A stretch of DNA of 64,000 nucleotides from Candidatus Nanohaloarchaea archaeon (GCA_041640035.1 JBEQBC010000003.1:1-64000); one strand, 5' to 3'. Shown: positions 28,234-38,812, numbered from the stretch's first letter. Notes: generated from the sequence alone by a model not told the origin. Translations and numbers: made by a program.

Positions 28234-29913
28234 ATGCCAGGATTCGGAAACAACCCAGTTTTCATCATGTCTGAAGACGCCGAGAGGCAGCATGGTGAAG
28301 ACGCACAACAAAACAATATCGAAGCATGCAAAACCGTAGGAAACTCAGTCAGAACCACTCTAGGTCCAAAAGGAATGGACAAGATGATGGTCGACGGAGT
28401 AGGAGACCTAGTAGTCACCAACGACGGTGTAACAATACTAGAAGAGATGGATATACAGCATCCAGCGGCTAAGATGATGGTAGAAGTCGCACAGACACAG
28501 GAAGAAGAAGTCGGCGACGGAACCACAACAGCAGTAGTCCTCGCAGGAGAACTACTCAAACAGGCAGAAGACCTGCTGGATCAAGAAATCCATCCAACAA
28601 TAATCACACAGGGATATCGCCTGGCACGAGAAAAAAGCATAGAAGTACTAAACGACATCTCAGAAGAAGTAGAGCTCGGCGATACTGAAACACTTGAGAA
28701 AGTCGCTAAAACAGCCATGACAGGCAAGTCAGCTGAAAGCTCACGCGAATACCTCTCCGAGATCGCAGTCAAGGCTGTTAATCAGGTAGCAGAAGAAGGC
28801 CGAGACAGCATAATGGTCGACCGAGAACAGATCAAGGTCGAGAAACAGCAGGGAGGTACAATCGACGACACAGAACTCGTAGAAGGAGTAATCCTCGGCA
28901 AAGAAAAGGTACACAATAACATGCCTGACTCAGTAGAAGACGGCAACATCGCACTTCTCAACACCGCAATCGAAGTCAAGGAAACAGAAACGGACGCAGA
29001 GATCAACATCTCCGATCCAAGCCAGATGAAGAACTTCGTAGAACAGGAAGAAAAACAGCTCAAAGAGATGGTCAACCAGCTTGACGAAGCAGGAGTCGAT
29101 GTAGTATTCTGCAAGAAAGGAATCGACGATATCGCACAGCACTACCTCGCCAAGAAAGGAATCCTCGCATTCAGAAGAGTCAGCAGCGGCGACCTAGAAA
29201 AACTAAGCAGAGCAACAGGAGCAAACATCCTCACAAGCCTAGAAGATATCGAAGACTCTGACCTAGGAACAGCAGGAACAGTCGAAAACCGAATCGTCGG
29301 TGGTGACTCCATGACATTCGTCTACGACTGCCCAGAAGCTAAATCTGTCTCCATCCTCATCAGAGGAGGAACAGAACATGTAATCGACGAGATCGAAAGA
29401 GCAGTAGAAGACGCAATCGGCGGAGTAAGCTCGGCTCTCCGACATGGACATGTAGTCGGAGGAGGCGGAGCAACAGAAGTTGAACTAGCCCGAGAACTCC
29501 GTGACTACGCAGACAGCGTCGGTGGACGAGAACAATTAGCTATCAACGCATTCGCAGACGCCATGGAGGTCATCCCACGAACACTTGCAGAAAACGCAGG
29601 GCATGACCCGATCGATACACTGGTCGATCTCAGAAACAAGCATGAAGAAGGAGAGGTCTGGGCAGGAATCGATGTAACAACCGGAGAAAGCAACGCACTG
29701 TTCGAAAGAGGAGTACTCGAACCACGCCAGACCAAGACACAGGCAGTACAATCAGCCTCAGAAGCAGCAGAGATGATCCTCCGTATCGACGATGTAATCT
29801 CCGCATCAGGATTCGACGATGAAGGCGGCGGAGACGCAGGCGGACCTCCAGCCGGCGGTCCAGGCGGTGGAATGCCTGGCGGCGGTATGGGAGGAATGGG
29901 CGGCATGATGTAA
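28234..29913 (+). CDS. ths: Thermosome (group II chaperonin) subunit
   Basis: [29 protein letters not shown]-rich tail. Confidence 0.97.
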   Translation: MPGFGNNPVFIMSEDAERQHGEDAQQNNIEACKTVGNSVRTTLGPKGMDKMMVDGVGDLVVTNDGVTILEEMDIQHPAAKMMVEVAQTQEEEVGDGTTTAVVLAGELLKQAEDLLDQEIHPTIITQGYRLAREKSIEVLNDISEEVELGDTETLEKVAKTAMTGKSAESSREYLSEIAVKAVNQVAEEGRDSIMVDREQIKVEKQQGGTIDDTELVEGVILGKEKVHNNMPDSVEDGNIALLNTAIEVKETETDAEINISDPSQMKNFVEQEEKQLKEMVNQLDEAGVDVVFCKKGIDDIAQHYLAKKGILAFRRVSSGDLEKLSRATGANILTSLEDIEDSDLGTAGTVENRIVGGDSMTFVYDCPEAKSVSILIRGGTEHVIDEIERAVEDAIGGVSSALRHGHVVGGGGATEVELARELRDYADSVGGREQLAINAFADAMEVIPRTLAENAGHDPIDTLVDLRNKHEEGEVWAGIDVTTGESNALFERGVLEPRQTKTQAVQSASEAAEMILRIDDVISASGFDDEGGGDAGGPPAGGPGGGMPGGGMGGMGGMM

Positions 29914-29969
29914 ACAGCCGCTCATAATCTCCGTATCATTTTTATTCTACTACTTCTCTAACTGTAAAT

Positions 29970-30578
29970 GTGAACAGAGAAAATATCTTTCTTGTATCAG
30001 GTTCCTTCATCGCCGCAGTGGCTATCATAGCTTATCTTTCTACTCCGGTATTCATGCCTGAAGAAACCAGTTCTGAACCTGGGACTGACAGTATTCAGGG
30101 AGAGGCCGAGAAATTAAGAGATGGATTTCTTAGATCGGCCGAGAACCAGGAAAACATCAGTATCAGTCTTGAAATTGAGGAGAACGCTTCGATCACTGTA
30201 GATGAGGAAAACAATGTTATCCAGATAGAAAATCCTAGAGAAAACAAGATGTACCCTGCTGAATGGCAGCTGGTCAACGGAACCACTTTACTGGGTACAT
30301 CTTTAGGTGAAGGCGATTTCGCATTAGACGATTATGATCGGCAATCAATTATTGCGGCGAGAAGCCTTCCCGACGGTTCAACAGTGTACCATATCGAGTT
30401 CAGAGAGATGCGTTCTGGAGATACTATCGAGCTCATAGATATACAGGTAGGCGATCAGATAGAACCTTCTGAGGATCTAAATATCGATTATCTCGGTATG
30501 GAGAACGAAACGATAGGAGCATCTACAGGAGAGCGACTTGACCGTATTACCCGTGAAATCCTGATCTCATCCAACTGA
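29970..30578 (+). CDS. Membrane-anchored protein, apparent paralog of the pilin-like protein at 33273
   Basis: N-terminal TM helix; shared blocks W.L..G...G.S.G.G and Y..EFR. Confidence 0.65.
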   Translation: MNRENIFLVSGSFIAAVAIIAYLSTPVFMPEETSSEPGTDSIQGEAEKLRDGFLRSAENQENISISLEIEENASITVDEENNVIQIENPRENKMYPAEWQLVNGTTLLGTSLGEGDFALDDYDRQSIIAARSLPDGSTVYHIEFREMRSGDTIELIDIQVGDQIEPSEDLNIDYLGMENETIGASTGERLDRITREILISSN

Positions 30579-30658
30579 CTTGTAACTACGGAAGGTTCTC
30601 CATTGGTTATAAATACAGGCTGCGGAAATATTGGATTACAAAGAGGTTTTCTAAAAAC

Positions 30659-31441
30659 ATGTCAGATCCATCAGATAACGAGGTCGAAATAAACTCTGGA
30701 AACGGCGACGATTATGAAGTAGTCCCTGTAGGACCTATCAAGAAACTGGAAAGAAGAATTGACGAAATGGAGCAATCCCAGCAACAGGGCGGAGGCAGTG
30801 GTCAGGACAGAGTGGTCAGCGACATGATTGACATCATGAAGACTAACCAAAAGATTGTCAATGATATGACCGAGTCAACTCATGAACTTAAGAACTCGGT
30901 AGAAGACCTCACACACAAGATGGATGAAGTAGTAGACAACATGAACAGCTTCATGGATCTCCTGAAAGAAGCATCCGAAGTCGATATGGAAGGAGAAGTC
31001 ATGGGCGACATGGAAAGCCGTATATCCAAGGCAATCGGCGACGAAATGCAAGATGTAGCAAGCGACATTAAAGAATCTAATCAAGAAGTCGTTGAGAATC
31101 TAAACAATATTAATGAGAGTCTGAGAAGAGCTTATGCTTCTCAGGACAGCCAGGGTTTCTCACCTCAGCAACAGCAAAACCAAGGTCAGCAGGGTGGCGG
31201 ACAGTCTAGACAGCAGAGAGGTCAGCAAAGCCAGTCCAGTAGTGGTATGCAGTCCTCAGGAAGCAATAGAAGTCAGGGAGGAAACAGTTCTGGATCTTCA
31301 AATAGAGGTTCGGGTCTTCAGTCTTCGACAAGCCAGCAGAGTACCAGTCAGAGTTCAGGTAACTCAGATGCGGAGCTTGGTAACATAGGGGATAATTCTG
31401 ACAGGATGGAAAAGTTAAAGCAAAAGTTCTCTGAAGAATGA
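30659..31441 (+). CDS. Coiled-coil protein with Q/S/G-rich disordered tail, first gene of the pilus operon
   Basis: EVVPVGPIKKLERRI, long heptads, low-complexity C-terminus; stop overlaps the next start. Confidence 0.75.
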   Translation: MSDPSDNEVEINSGNGDDYEVVPVGPIKKLERRIDEMEQSQQQGGGSGQDRVVSDMIDIMKTNQKIVNDMTESTHELKNSVEDLTHKMDEVVDNMNSFMDLLKEASEVDMEGEVMGDMESRISKAIGDEMQDVASDIKESNQEVVENLNNINESLRRAYASQDSQGFSPQQQQNQGQQGGGQSRQQRGQQSQSSSGMQSSGSNRSQGGNSSGSSNRGSGLQSSTSQQSTSQSSGNSDAELGNIGDNSDRMEKLKQKFSEE

Positions 31442-31935
31442 TGAACGACAGGAAAGGAGTAACACCTGTAGTAGCGACGGTTCTACTCATATCGATAGGT
31501 ATAGCAGCAGTTGGTTCAGCAGGTATCTTTCTACAGAACTTAGGAGATCAACTTCGGCAGAATGCCGAGGATAGGATAGCTGGTGAAAACCAAATCGAAA
31601 ACTCCGATATATCGATTACGTATGCCTTTGAAAATCCTGACGGTGATATAGCTCTTGATGTGAGAAACACAGGTTCTACAACTCTTGAAGTAAAAGATGA
31701 TGGAGAGAATCTGTGGAACATCTACGTTGACGGTGAGCCACAGGGAACTTGGGAGTTTTCTGATAGTTCCTTGAACGGTGATGATAATGTGGATTTATCA
31801 CCGCAAGAACAGATAAGGCTGGATACGAATGCTGATTATCCAACTTCAGGAAACTCGAAGCGGGTTCAGGTTTCAGGCGTGTATGAGACTCAGTCATCGA
31901 TAATCTGTGGATACAGTGCAGACGGGTCCTGTTAG
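31438..31935 (+). CDS. Type IV pilin-like protein
   Basis: Class III signal RKG|VTPVVATVLLI; VRNTG; C-terminal Cys pair. Confidence 0.88.
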   Translation: MMNDRKGVTPVVATVLLISIGIAAVGSAGIFLQNLGDQLRQNAEDRIAGENQIENSDISITYAFENPDGDIALDVRNTGSTTLEVKDDGENLWNIYVDGEPQGTWEFSDSSLNGDDNVDLSPQEQIRLDTNADYPTSGNSKRVQVSGVYETQSSIICGYSADGSC

Positions 31936-31963
31936 ACCTAGATAACCCGATAAACCTGTATTA

Positions 31964-31975
31964 ACTTATATAAAC
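31964..31975 (+). promoter_or_regulatory. Putative TATA box of pilin 32008
   Basis: ACTTATATAAAC about 33 nt upstream of the ATG. Confidence 0.55.
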
Positions 31976-32007
31976 AGGCTGTGACTATTGATTGATAGAG
32001 CGATACT

Positions 32008-32535
32008 ATGATTCGTATGAAAAACAGAAAGGGTATTACCCCTGTAATCGCGATTGTTTTGCTTCTGATGGTTACTGTTGGGGCTGTTGGAGTTGTTTAT
32101 ACTCAGTTCCAGTCCTTAGTCGGTGACCCGGCAGAAGCCGTAGGTAGTCAACAGGAGGTAAGAAACACAGAGATGAGTTTCTCCTCCGTCTACAACAATA
32201 ACAGTGGCGACCTGGTTGTTCAGGTAAGTAACACTGGAAGCGTAGCATGGAACACAAGCGAGTTCACCATGCAGTTCATTCCCGGCGGAGAAGGAACCGC
32301 AGTAAACTGGAATGTAGCTGAACAGGAATTCTCAGGATCTTCTTCGGATTTCAACTGCTTCTCTGACTCAAGCAGTTATGAAGTTGTTCAGCCTGAGGGC
32401 ACCTACGAATGTGACACAGGATTTGCATTCCCTGGTTCCACGGACACGATTGGAATTCAGGTAGAGATGAACGGAGCAGATAAGTCCTGGAGTTACACTT
32501 GCTCACCTGCGACTGCAGACTCACTTGGATGTTAA
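32008..32535 (+). CDS. Type IV pilin (candidate major pilin, copy 1)
   Basis: RKG|ITPVIAIVLLLMVTVGAVG; VSNTG; 4 Cys. Confidence 0.92.
   Translation: MIRMKNRKGITPVIAIVLLLMVTVGAVGVVYTQFQSLVGDPAEAVGSQQEVRNTEMSFSSVYNNNSGDLVVQVSNTGSVAWNTSEFTMQFIPGGEGTAVNWNVAEQEFSGSSSDFNCFSDSSSYEVVQPEGTYECDTGFAFPGSTDTIGIQVEMNGADKSWSYTCSPATADSLGC
32041..32129 (+). repeat. 89-bp exact direct repeat, copy 1
   Basis: Identical to 32717-32805. Confidence 0.93.
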
Positions 32536-32642
32536 AATCCAGAAAGGGTCCATCAGAACACAATCACAATTTTCTTCCCATTATTTTTTCTTGAAAAACA
32601 ATCAACTGAACACGGATTTTCGGATGCATATCCTTCTGTTCC

Positions 32643-32655
32643 AACCTATATAAAG
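32643..32655 (+). promoter_or_regulatory. Putative TATA box of pilin 32687
   Basis: AACCTATATAAAG about 32 nt upstream of the ATG, parallel to the copy-1 promoter. Confidence 0.55.
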
Positions 32656-32686
32656 AGCTCTACATCATTTCTGTGTAGAACACTCT

Positions 32687-33211
32687 ATGTTAACTGAAAG
32701 CCGGAAAGGAATTACTCCTGTAATCGCGATTGTTTTGCTTCTGATGGTTACTGTTGGGGCTGTTGGAGTTGTTTATACTCAGTTCCAGTCCTTAGTCGGT
32801 GACCCAGCGCAGGCGGTCGGTGATCAGCAGGAAATCCGGAACACGGAACTCAGCTATTCCTCAGTTTACAGAGACAATTCGGATAACCTCAAAGTATATG
32901 TGAAGAACACAGGCAGCGTGGCCTGGAATATCAGCGATTTCAAGATGCAATTTGTACCAAACGCGCAAGGAACCGCAGTCAACTGGATAGTAGCCAGTCA
33001 GGAACTAACCGGCACACAGTCTGACTTTAACTGCTTCACCGACGCAAACAGCTACCAGGTAATACAGCCAGGTCAGACATACGAATGTGATACCGGTTTC
33101 GAGTTCCCTCCATCAACTCAGTCGGTAGGAATTGAGATTGAGATGAGAGGAGCAGATAGATCCTGGAGTTACACTTGCTCGCCTACAACAGCTTCAGCGT
33201 ACGGTTGTTAG
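32687..33211 (+). CDS. Type IV pilin (candidate major pilin, copy 2)
   Basis: Same N-terminal helix as copy 1; colinear paralog with the same 4 Cys. Confidence 0.92.
   Translation: MLTESRKGITPVIAIVLLLMVTVGAVGVVYTQFQSLVGDPAQAVGDQQEIRNTELSYSSVYRDNSDNLKVYVKNTGSVAWNISDFKMQFVPNAQGTAVNWIVASQELTGTQSDFNCFTDANSYQVIQPGQTYECDTGFEFPPSTQSVGIEIEMRGADRSWSYTCSPTTASAYGC
32717..32805 (+). repeat. 89-bp exact direct repeat, copy 2
   Basis: Identical to 32041-32129. Confidence 0.93.
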
Positions 33212-33272
33212 AAAGAACCGGTTTTTTCTCTCCCTTTATTTTATATTCAGGTTAGAACAAACTAGTCGATAT

Positions 33273-33935
33273 ATGGATAAAGGTCAGACCCAGGCAGTAA
33301 CTGCTGTAATAATTACAGGTATCACTTTGAGCGCGGTATCAGCGACCTATATCTGGGGTACACCGATACTTGAAAAGAGACAGAGCCAGCAGCAACTGGT
33401 TCAGACTGAGGAACAGGTCAGATCAATATATAACGGCCTTAACTCGATCAGAAACGGTGGAGAAGGAACTACAGAAAGAGTATCGCTTGACTTCTCTGAA
33501 GGAACAACTATAGACATAAATGAAACCGGAAACTACATTGAAATCACCACAACCGCGCAGAGCTCGCCTTACGCCCGTGGAACATGGTTCCTGCTGGAAG
33601 GACAAAGAGTACAAGGTCTTTCAGTTGGAGATGGAACATATGGTCAGAAAGGTCAGGACAGTCCTGGCGTAATCGCTTTGAGAGCGACAGGGTCGGAGAC
33701 AGTCACTATTCAGTACCGGGTCGAGTTCAGAAATCTGTATACTGAAACAGCTTCAGGACCGATACTGGAGATGACAGATGTACAGCCGCAGGGCGGAGAT
33801 TCAGCTACTGGAGAGACAGATTTGGTTCTTTCAAATGAAGGTGTTGAAATGGACACAGGGACAGATGCAGTAGAAACTGAAACAGGAGAACTTCTTAACC
33901 GTGAAAGGACTGTGGTTACAACTGAATTCCGGTGA
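33273..33935 (+). CDS. Minor pilin-like protein
   Basis: KG|QTQAVTAVIITG class III signal. Confidence 0.8.
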   Translation: MDKGQTQAVTAVIITGITLSAVSATYIWGTPILEKRQSQQQLVQTEEQVRSIYNGLNSIRNGGEGTTERVSLDFSEGTTIDINETGNYIEITTTAQSSPYARGTWFLLEGQRVQGLSVGDGTYGQKGQDSPGVIALRATGSETVTIQYRVEFRNLYTETASGPILEMTDVQPQGGDSATGETDLVLSNEGVEMDTGTDAVETETGELLNRERTVVTTEFR

Positions 33936-33975
33936 GAAAAATCGGATACAAGCTGAGTGCCGAGGAAGATAAATC

Positions 33976-34380
33976 TTGAAAGGACAGTACCTTGCCGTAG
34001 AGTACATTTTTGTAACAGGTCTCAGCCTTATACTCGTCTTAGGATCAGTAAGTATATTCGATCTCTACAGGGAAGAAGTCATGGAGACATCAGTCTCCGG
34101 TCAAACAGATATCGTAGCTTCCAAGATGACAGTACAGATGAACAACCTAGATCAGGTGGAGAGCGGAACTGTCGAGAAATCGGTTAGTTTGCCGGAAGAA
34201 ATGGGTAACCGCGAGTACGAATTATCGCTTGCACCTCCCAACAACCTACTGATAGATGTTCAAGGACAGGAATATACCTACGAATTGAGATCTCTGAATG
34301 AGTATGATTTTACCGGTACTGCTGAAGGCGGTCAAATAACTTTATACAAAAACAATGACCAATACAGTATAGCGGGGTGA
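33976..34380 (+). CDS. Minor pilin-like protein (TTG start)
   Basis: KG|QYLAVEY class III signal; LPEEMG.REY. Confidence 0.8.
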   Translation: MKGQYLAVEYIFVTGLSLILVLGSVSIFDLYREEVMETSVSGQTDIVASKMTVQMNNLDQVESGTVEKSVSLPEEMGNREYELSLAPPNNLLIDVQGQEYTYELRSLNEYDFTGTAEGGQITLYKNNDQYSIAG

Positions 34381-34392
34381 AAGTAAGTATAT

Positions 34393-36090
34393 ATGAGAAT
34401 GAACGGATTGGTAGAAAGGTTAAGAAGGGTTCAACATCCGGAATGGTATGAAGAAGAGGAAGAAGAGGACACACATCAAGAAGGTGTAAGACTTCCAACC
34501 CCAGGAGAATTCTCCCCAGACATGGTCGATGAAGGAGAAGAATCCGCTGACCTAACCGATGTAGATACGACTTACCCGCTAGTTCCTGAGGATCCGGACA
34601 AAGGCGAAATGGTGTACGCTTGGGCTCATATCAAATGGAATGAAGAAAGAGGGGAAGTAGTCTACAAGGTAATTGAACCTGAACTAACAGAAGAAACTGA
34701 GAAAATACTGGATAAGATCAGCGAGATAATGGAGAGAAGCTTCGATGTCACCTTCAACGACATGGAGAGCGAAGAAGCTGAGGACTACCTCGAAGAGAAA
34801 ATCGACATGATCGTTGACAAGTATGATATTTCTATAGACGACAGACAGCGCGAAATAATCCGTTACTACACAAAGAGAGATTTCGCCGGTCTGGGCAAGC
34901 TACAGCCACTGATGAATGATACAGAGGTAGAGGATATCTCATGCGACGGAAGCAGGATACCCGTATACGCATACCATAGAAATCCACGGTTCGGATCAGT
35001 AAAGACAAGTATTACCTGGGATGACAAAGACGAACTGGACGAGTTCGTCATGAAACTGGCACAGAGATGTGGAAAATCAGTTTCAGTATCCAGCCCGCTC
35101 CTAGACGGATCCCTTCCTGACGGATCTCGTGTACAGGCAACACTTGCTACAGATATTGCCCGTAAAGGTTCCAACTTCACGATCCGACGGTTCACAGAAG
35201 ATCCGTTGACACCGATTCATATGATGGATTATGAAACTGAGAATGCACAGATGCTTTCCTACCTTTGGACACTGGTCGAGCACGGTAAATCGATACTTGT
35301 ATGTGGAACAACTGGAGCTGGAAAAACTTCTCAGCTAAACTCCTTATCCCTATTCATCAAACCGGAGAAGAAGATTGTATCTATCGAGGATACGCCTGAG
35401 CTACGGCTTCCTCACGACCACTGGGTACCAGAAGTTGCCCGTTCAGGGTTCGGTTCCAGTGCAGAAGGTGGCGGAGAAGTAACAATGGACAATCTGTTAA
35501 AGGAATCTCTGCGTCAGAGACCGGAGTACATTATTGTCGGAGAAGTCCGAGGAGAAGAGGCTTACATCCTGTTCCAGCAGATGGCAACAGGACATACAGG
35601 GTTATCGACGATCCACGCAGATTCACTTGAGATGCTTATGGACCGTTTGACCACCGACCCGATCGATCTTTCACCTTCTCTGATTGAAACTCTTGACTTG
35701 GTTATGCTTATTAAGAGGATTAGAAGAGGCGGGAGCTATATTAGAAGGATTACCGGTCTTCATGAGATCAGAGGTTACGATGAGCGTACTGGTATCGATT
35801 CTAACAAAGTTTTCGGCTGGGATCCGCATGATGACGAGTATATAGTGGAGAATAACTCTCTTATCTTGAAGGATATTGCTGATCAGAGTGGTATGGAATA
35901 CTCTGATCTTCAGTCAGAGCTACGGAACCGTCAGCATGTCTTGAACTGGATGCAGGAGGAGCAGTACAAGCATTACAGGAAGGTTGGAGACCTGATTTCC
36001 CGTTATTATTCAGATCCTGAGTCAATTATGGAGAAAGTCGGGCAAACATTTAATTCAAATAATGAAGAAGTAGAAGTTAAGGATGCTTAG
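34393..36090 (+). CDS. Type IV pilus assembly ATPase (PilB/ArlI family)
   Basis: EDISCDG, LPDGSR, GTTGAGKTS, SIEDTPE, LRQRPEYIIVGEVRG, TGH. Confidence 0.95.
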   Translation: MRMNGLVERLRRVQHPEWYEEEEEEDTHQEGVRLPTPGEFSPDMVDEGEESADLTDVDTTYPLVPEDPDKGEMVYAWAHIKWNEERGEVVYKVIEPELTEETEKILDKISEIMERSFDVTFNDMESEEAEDYLEEKIDMIVDKYDISIDDRQREIIRYYTKRDFAGLGKLQPLMNDTEVEDISCDGSRIPVYAYHRNPRFGSVKTSITWDDKDELDEFVMKLAQRCGKSVSVSSPLLDGSLPDGSRVQATLATDIARKGSNFTIRRFTEDPLTPIHMMDYETENAQMLSYLWTLVEHGKSILVCGTTGAGKTSQLNSLSLFIKPEKKIVSIEDTPELRLPHDHWVPEVARSGFGSSAEGGGEVTMDNLLKESLRQRPEYIIVGEVRGEEAYILFQQMATGHTGLSTIHADSLEMLMDRLTTDPIDLSPSLIETLDLVMLIKRIRRGGSYIRRITGLHEIRGYDERTGIDSNKVFGWDPHDDEYIVENNSLILKDIADQSGMEYSDLQSELRNRQHVLNWMQEEQYKHYRKVGDLISRYYSDPESIMEKVGQTFNSNNEEVEVKDA

Positions 36091-36955
36091 AAAGTATGCC
36101 AATTTCTGCTACAATCTAGTGGGAAGTTTTGTCCTTCCGTATGTAGATGTTTTCGAAGGGCTTAGACCTCAGATTACAAAGGCAGATATCGAAGTATCCT
36201 TACCAGAATATGTCAGCATGATGTTCGCATCAGCTGGATTTGTCACCTTATTCATCGCACTGGTAGTAGGTACTCTACTTCTTCTTTCTCAGGGAATATC
36301 AGGTATGATAATCGCATTAACCTTCTCTCTCATCTCCGGAGCAGCTACAATCGTCGGTTTCTACATATATCCCTCGCTTATCAAAAGCAGCAGAGCCTCA
36401 AAAATACGGGACACACTACCTTTCGCCACGATGTATCTCTCAACTCTTGCAGGAACCGGAACAGCACTTCCAGAGATATTTGCCAACCTATCCAAAGTCG
36501 ACGAATACGGAGAAGTAGCGAGAGAAGCAGAAAAAATAGACAGAGATATCAAAACATTTGGAATGGATGCAAGCAAAGCAATACAGAGAGCAGCAGAAAG
36601 AACACCAAGCGAAGACTTCAGAGAACTGATGTGGGGAATGAACCATGTACTTACCACCGGAGGAACCATGCGAGACTTCCTTCAGCAGAGAGCAGCATCC
36701 CTGATGGACGATTACGAAAGAAGAGTAGAAGAGTTCGCAGATACACTATCTCTACTAGTTGAAATGTATATTACAGTTGTTATTGTCGGTTCAATCGTAT
36801 TCACTTCGATGTCCGCAGTCATGACAACATTCACACAGCTATCACCATCTGTAATCGTTACAATCCAGCTTCTACTGATATTCATGGGTCTTCCATTAAT
36901 CTCAGGCATGTTTATACTACTAGTACAGGGTCTATCACCGGGTGGTATCAATTGA
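36083..36955 (+). CDS. Pilus membrane platform protein (T2SSF/TadC-like)
   Basis: LPFA..Y, YGEVA.E, ERTPS, TM pairs; follows the ATPase. Confidence 0.88.
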   Translation: MLRKYANFCYNLVGSFVLPYVDVFEGLRPQITKADIEVSLPEYVSMMFASAGFVTLFIALVVGTLLLLSQGISGMIIALTFSLISGAATIVGFYIYPSLIKSSRASKIRDTLPFATMYLSTLAGTGTALPEIFANLSKVDEYGEVAREAEKIDRDIKTFGMDASKAIQRAAERTPSEDFRELMWGMNHVLTTGGTMRDFLQQRAASLMDDYERRVEEFADTLSLLVEMYITVVIVGSIVFTSMSAVMTTFTQLSPSVIVTIQLLLIFMGLPLISGMFILLVQGLSPGGIN

Positions 36956-37983
36956 TTGATTTCTTCAAAGATGAAGAACTGGAACCTGGATGGACCTTTG
37001 AAGATAAACTCATATTCGCCTCAGTAGCCATAGGTATAGTAACTATAGCCGTTGGAATCCTATTCTATACAAGCTTAGGTCCTCAGATCGGAGGATCAAT
37101 CCTGATATTCGGATTGATCATATCAATACTTCCATACGCAGGATACTCATTCCTCAAAAACCGTGCAGTTAGAGAAATCGAGAACCAGTTCCCCTCATTC
37201 CTAAACGACCTGGCAGAATCCAAAAGAGGAGGTATGACCCTGCTTAGAGCCCTTGAGTCAGCACGGGAATCAGACTACGGAAGACTGAACAATGAGATAG
37301 AAAAAGTACACAACCAGATGACATGGGGAGTACCGTTCCCACAAGTCATGCAAAGATTCTCACGCAGAATGAGCGACTCCTCAGTAGTTCAGGAATCACT
37401 CTCGATTATTATCCAGAGCTTCGAGAGTGGAGGAAACATAACAGATACAATCGATTCAGTAGCAGAGGACGCAGACCAATTAAGAGAGGTAATACAAGAG
37501 AAAGATGCACAGCTCAAACAGCAGCTCGTCATCATGTATGTCATCTTCTTCCTCTTCATAGGGATCACAGTAGGAATCTACTTCCTGCTAGCCCAGTTAC
37601 TCGGACTGGGGTCAACAGACCCTGGAGCACTTTCCGGAATCGGAGAAGTCATCGGCTCTGGAGGAGGAAACACAGATGTCAACTTCTGCGGAGGACAGAT
37701 CGCGACAGCACAGCCATTCTGTTCAACAGCACGAATATTCGGCTTCGTACCGGCGGATATGTCGCTTACCTCACAGGAAGCAGAAAAGAGAAGTTATGGG
37801 AATATGGCGTACTATAAGTCGTTGCTGTTCTTGATGCTTATGATTCAGGGGATGTGTACCGCTGCCGTAGCAGGACAAATAAAGGAAGGAAGTCCAAGCG
37901 GAGGTATAAAACATGCACTGATAATGCTTCCGCTTGCACTCGTTGTATACATACTGGTTGTAGCTCCTGCAGGTGTAAGCTAG
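36952..37983 (+). CDS. Second pilus platform protein (T2SSF/TadC-like)
   Basis: IENQFPSFL.DL, YGRL, WGVPF, SGG, GIKH. Confidence 0.88.
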   Translation: MIDFFKDEELEPGWTFEDKLIFASVAIGIVTIAVGILFYTSLGPQIGGSILIFGLIISILPYAGYSFLKNRAVREIENQFPSFLNDLAESKRGGMTLLRALESARESDYGRLNNEIEKVHNQMTWGVPFPQVMQRFSRRMSDSSVVQESLSIIIQSFESGGNITDTIDSVAEDADQLREVIQEKDAQLKQQLVIMYVIFFLFIGITVGIYFLLAQLLGLGSTDPGALSGIGEVIGSGGGNTDVNFCGGQIATAQPFCSTARIFGFVPADMSLTSQEAEKRSYGNMAYYKSLLFLMLMIQGMCTAAVAGQIKEGSPSGGIKHALIMLPLALVVYILVVAPAGVS

Positions 37984-37987
37984 GAAA

Positions 37988-38812
37988 ATGAGAAAAGGCC
38001 AGTCCACAATCGAATTCCTGGGAACATCACTGATGTTCATCGCACTTCTCGGCTCAATCCTGATGGTGGCATCTGATTCCATACCCCAGTTCGATGACGA
38101 AGTAGAGGAAGCACGGATGAACATGGAGATACACTCTCTGACAAGTCAGATGCTCACACAGCCAGGCTCAACACCTTCATCATCGAACTGGGAACAAAAC
38201 CCTGACGATATCCAAACCTTTGGACTGGCAGACAAAAACGGAGAAGTCGAACTTTCAAAGATCGGAGCACTGGATGATTCAGCAAACAACCCGTCTACAC
38301 TAAACTACACAGAGTTCAGAGAGGTAACAGAGATAAACAATCAATACCGGATGATATTCACTTGGTATCCGGTCGTGGAGACCTACAAAACCTTTACACG
38401 CTCAAATCCTCCCAGCCAGATACTGGAACCTACAGTAAGTGAATACCAGAACTCAGATAACACCGTTCACTACGGAACAGCCTTCATAAACGGACATGAG
38501 ATGAAGTTCGTCGTAACTGCTCATGACGGTGTTTATGACACAGTTTACATCTCGGAGAACTGGAACTTCGGTACATCTGAAAGAGCACAGCGCGGACAAG
38601 TAGTGAATATACAGGGAATGGATTTCACAGTCACACAGTTCCAGAACAGAGTTAACGACCCTGGTAACATGGTGATCTTCTCATCACAGATCAAAGATTT
38701 CGGAGCACCTCAGGAGCAGGCAGCAACCGTAGTAAAGCTTAACAGGTACGCAGTACTCAAAGATATAGAATCTGACGACTTCCCGGTCAAGATCGAGGTG
38801 TTAACATGGTAA
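37988..38812 (+). CDS. Minor pilin-like protein
   Basis: RKG|QSTIEF class III signal; L.QPG.P...W. Confidence 0.82.
   Translation: MRKGQSTIEFLGTSLMFIALLGSILMVASDSIPQFDDEVEEARMNMEIHSLTSQMLTQPGSTPSSSNWEQNPDDIQTFGLADKNGEVELSKIGALDDSANNPSTLNYTEFREVTEINNQYRMIFTWYPVVETYKTFTRSNPPSQILEPTVSEYQNSDNTVHYGTAFINGHEMKFVVTAHDGVYDTVYISENWNFGTSERAQRGQVVNIQGMDFTVTQFQNRVNDPGNMVIFSSQIKDFGAPQEQAATVVKLNRYAVLKDIESDDFPVKIEVLTW

Noticed and set aside
29820-29910. GGC/GGA/ATG repeats
   Set aside because: Ordinary GGM tail of the chaperonin
32041-32805. Direct repeat considered as CRISPR or att site
   Set aside because: Only two copies, 89 bp, in frame within paralogous pilin genes; no cas or integrase
31438-36955. 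Archaellum operon
   Set aside because: No recognisable arlF/G/H or arlC/D/E; pilin N-termini and two TadC-like genes fit an adhesive pilus
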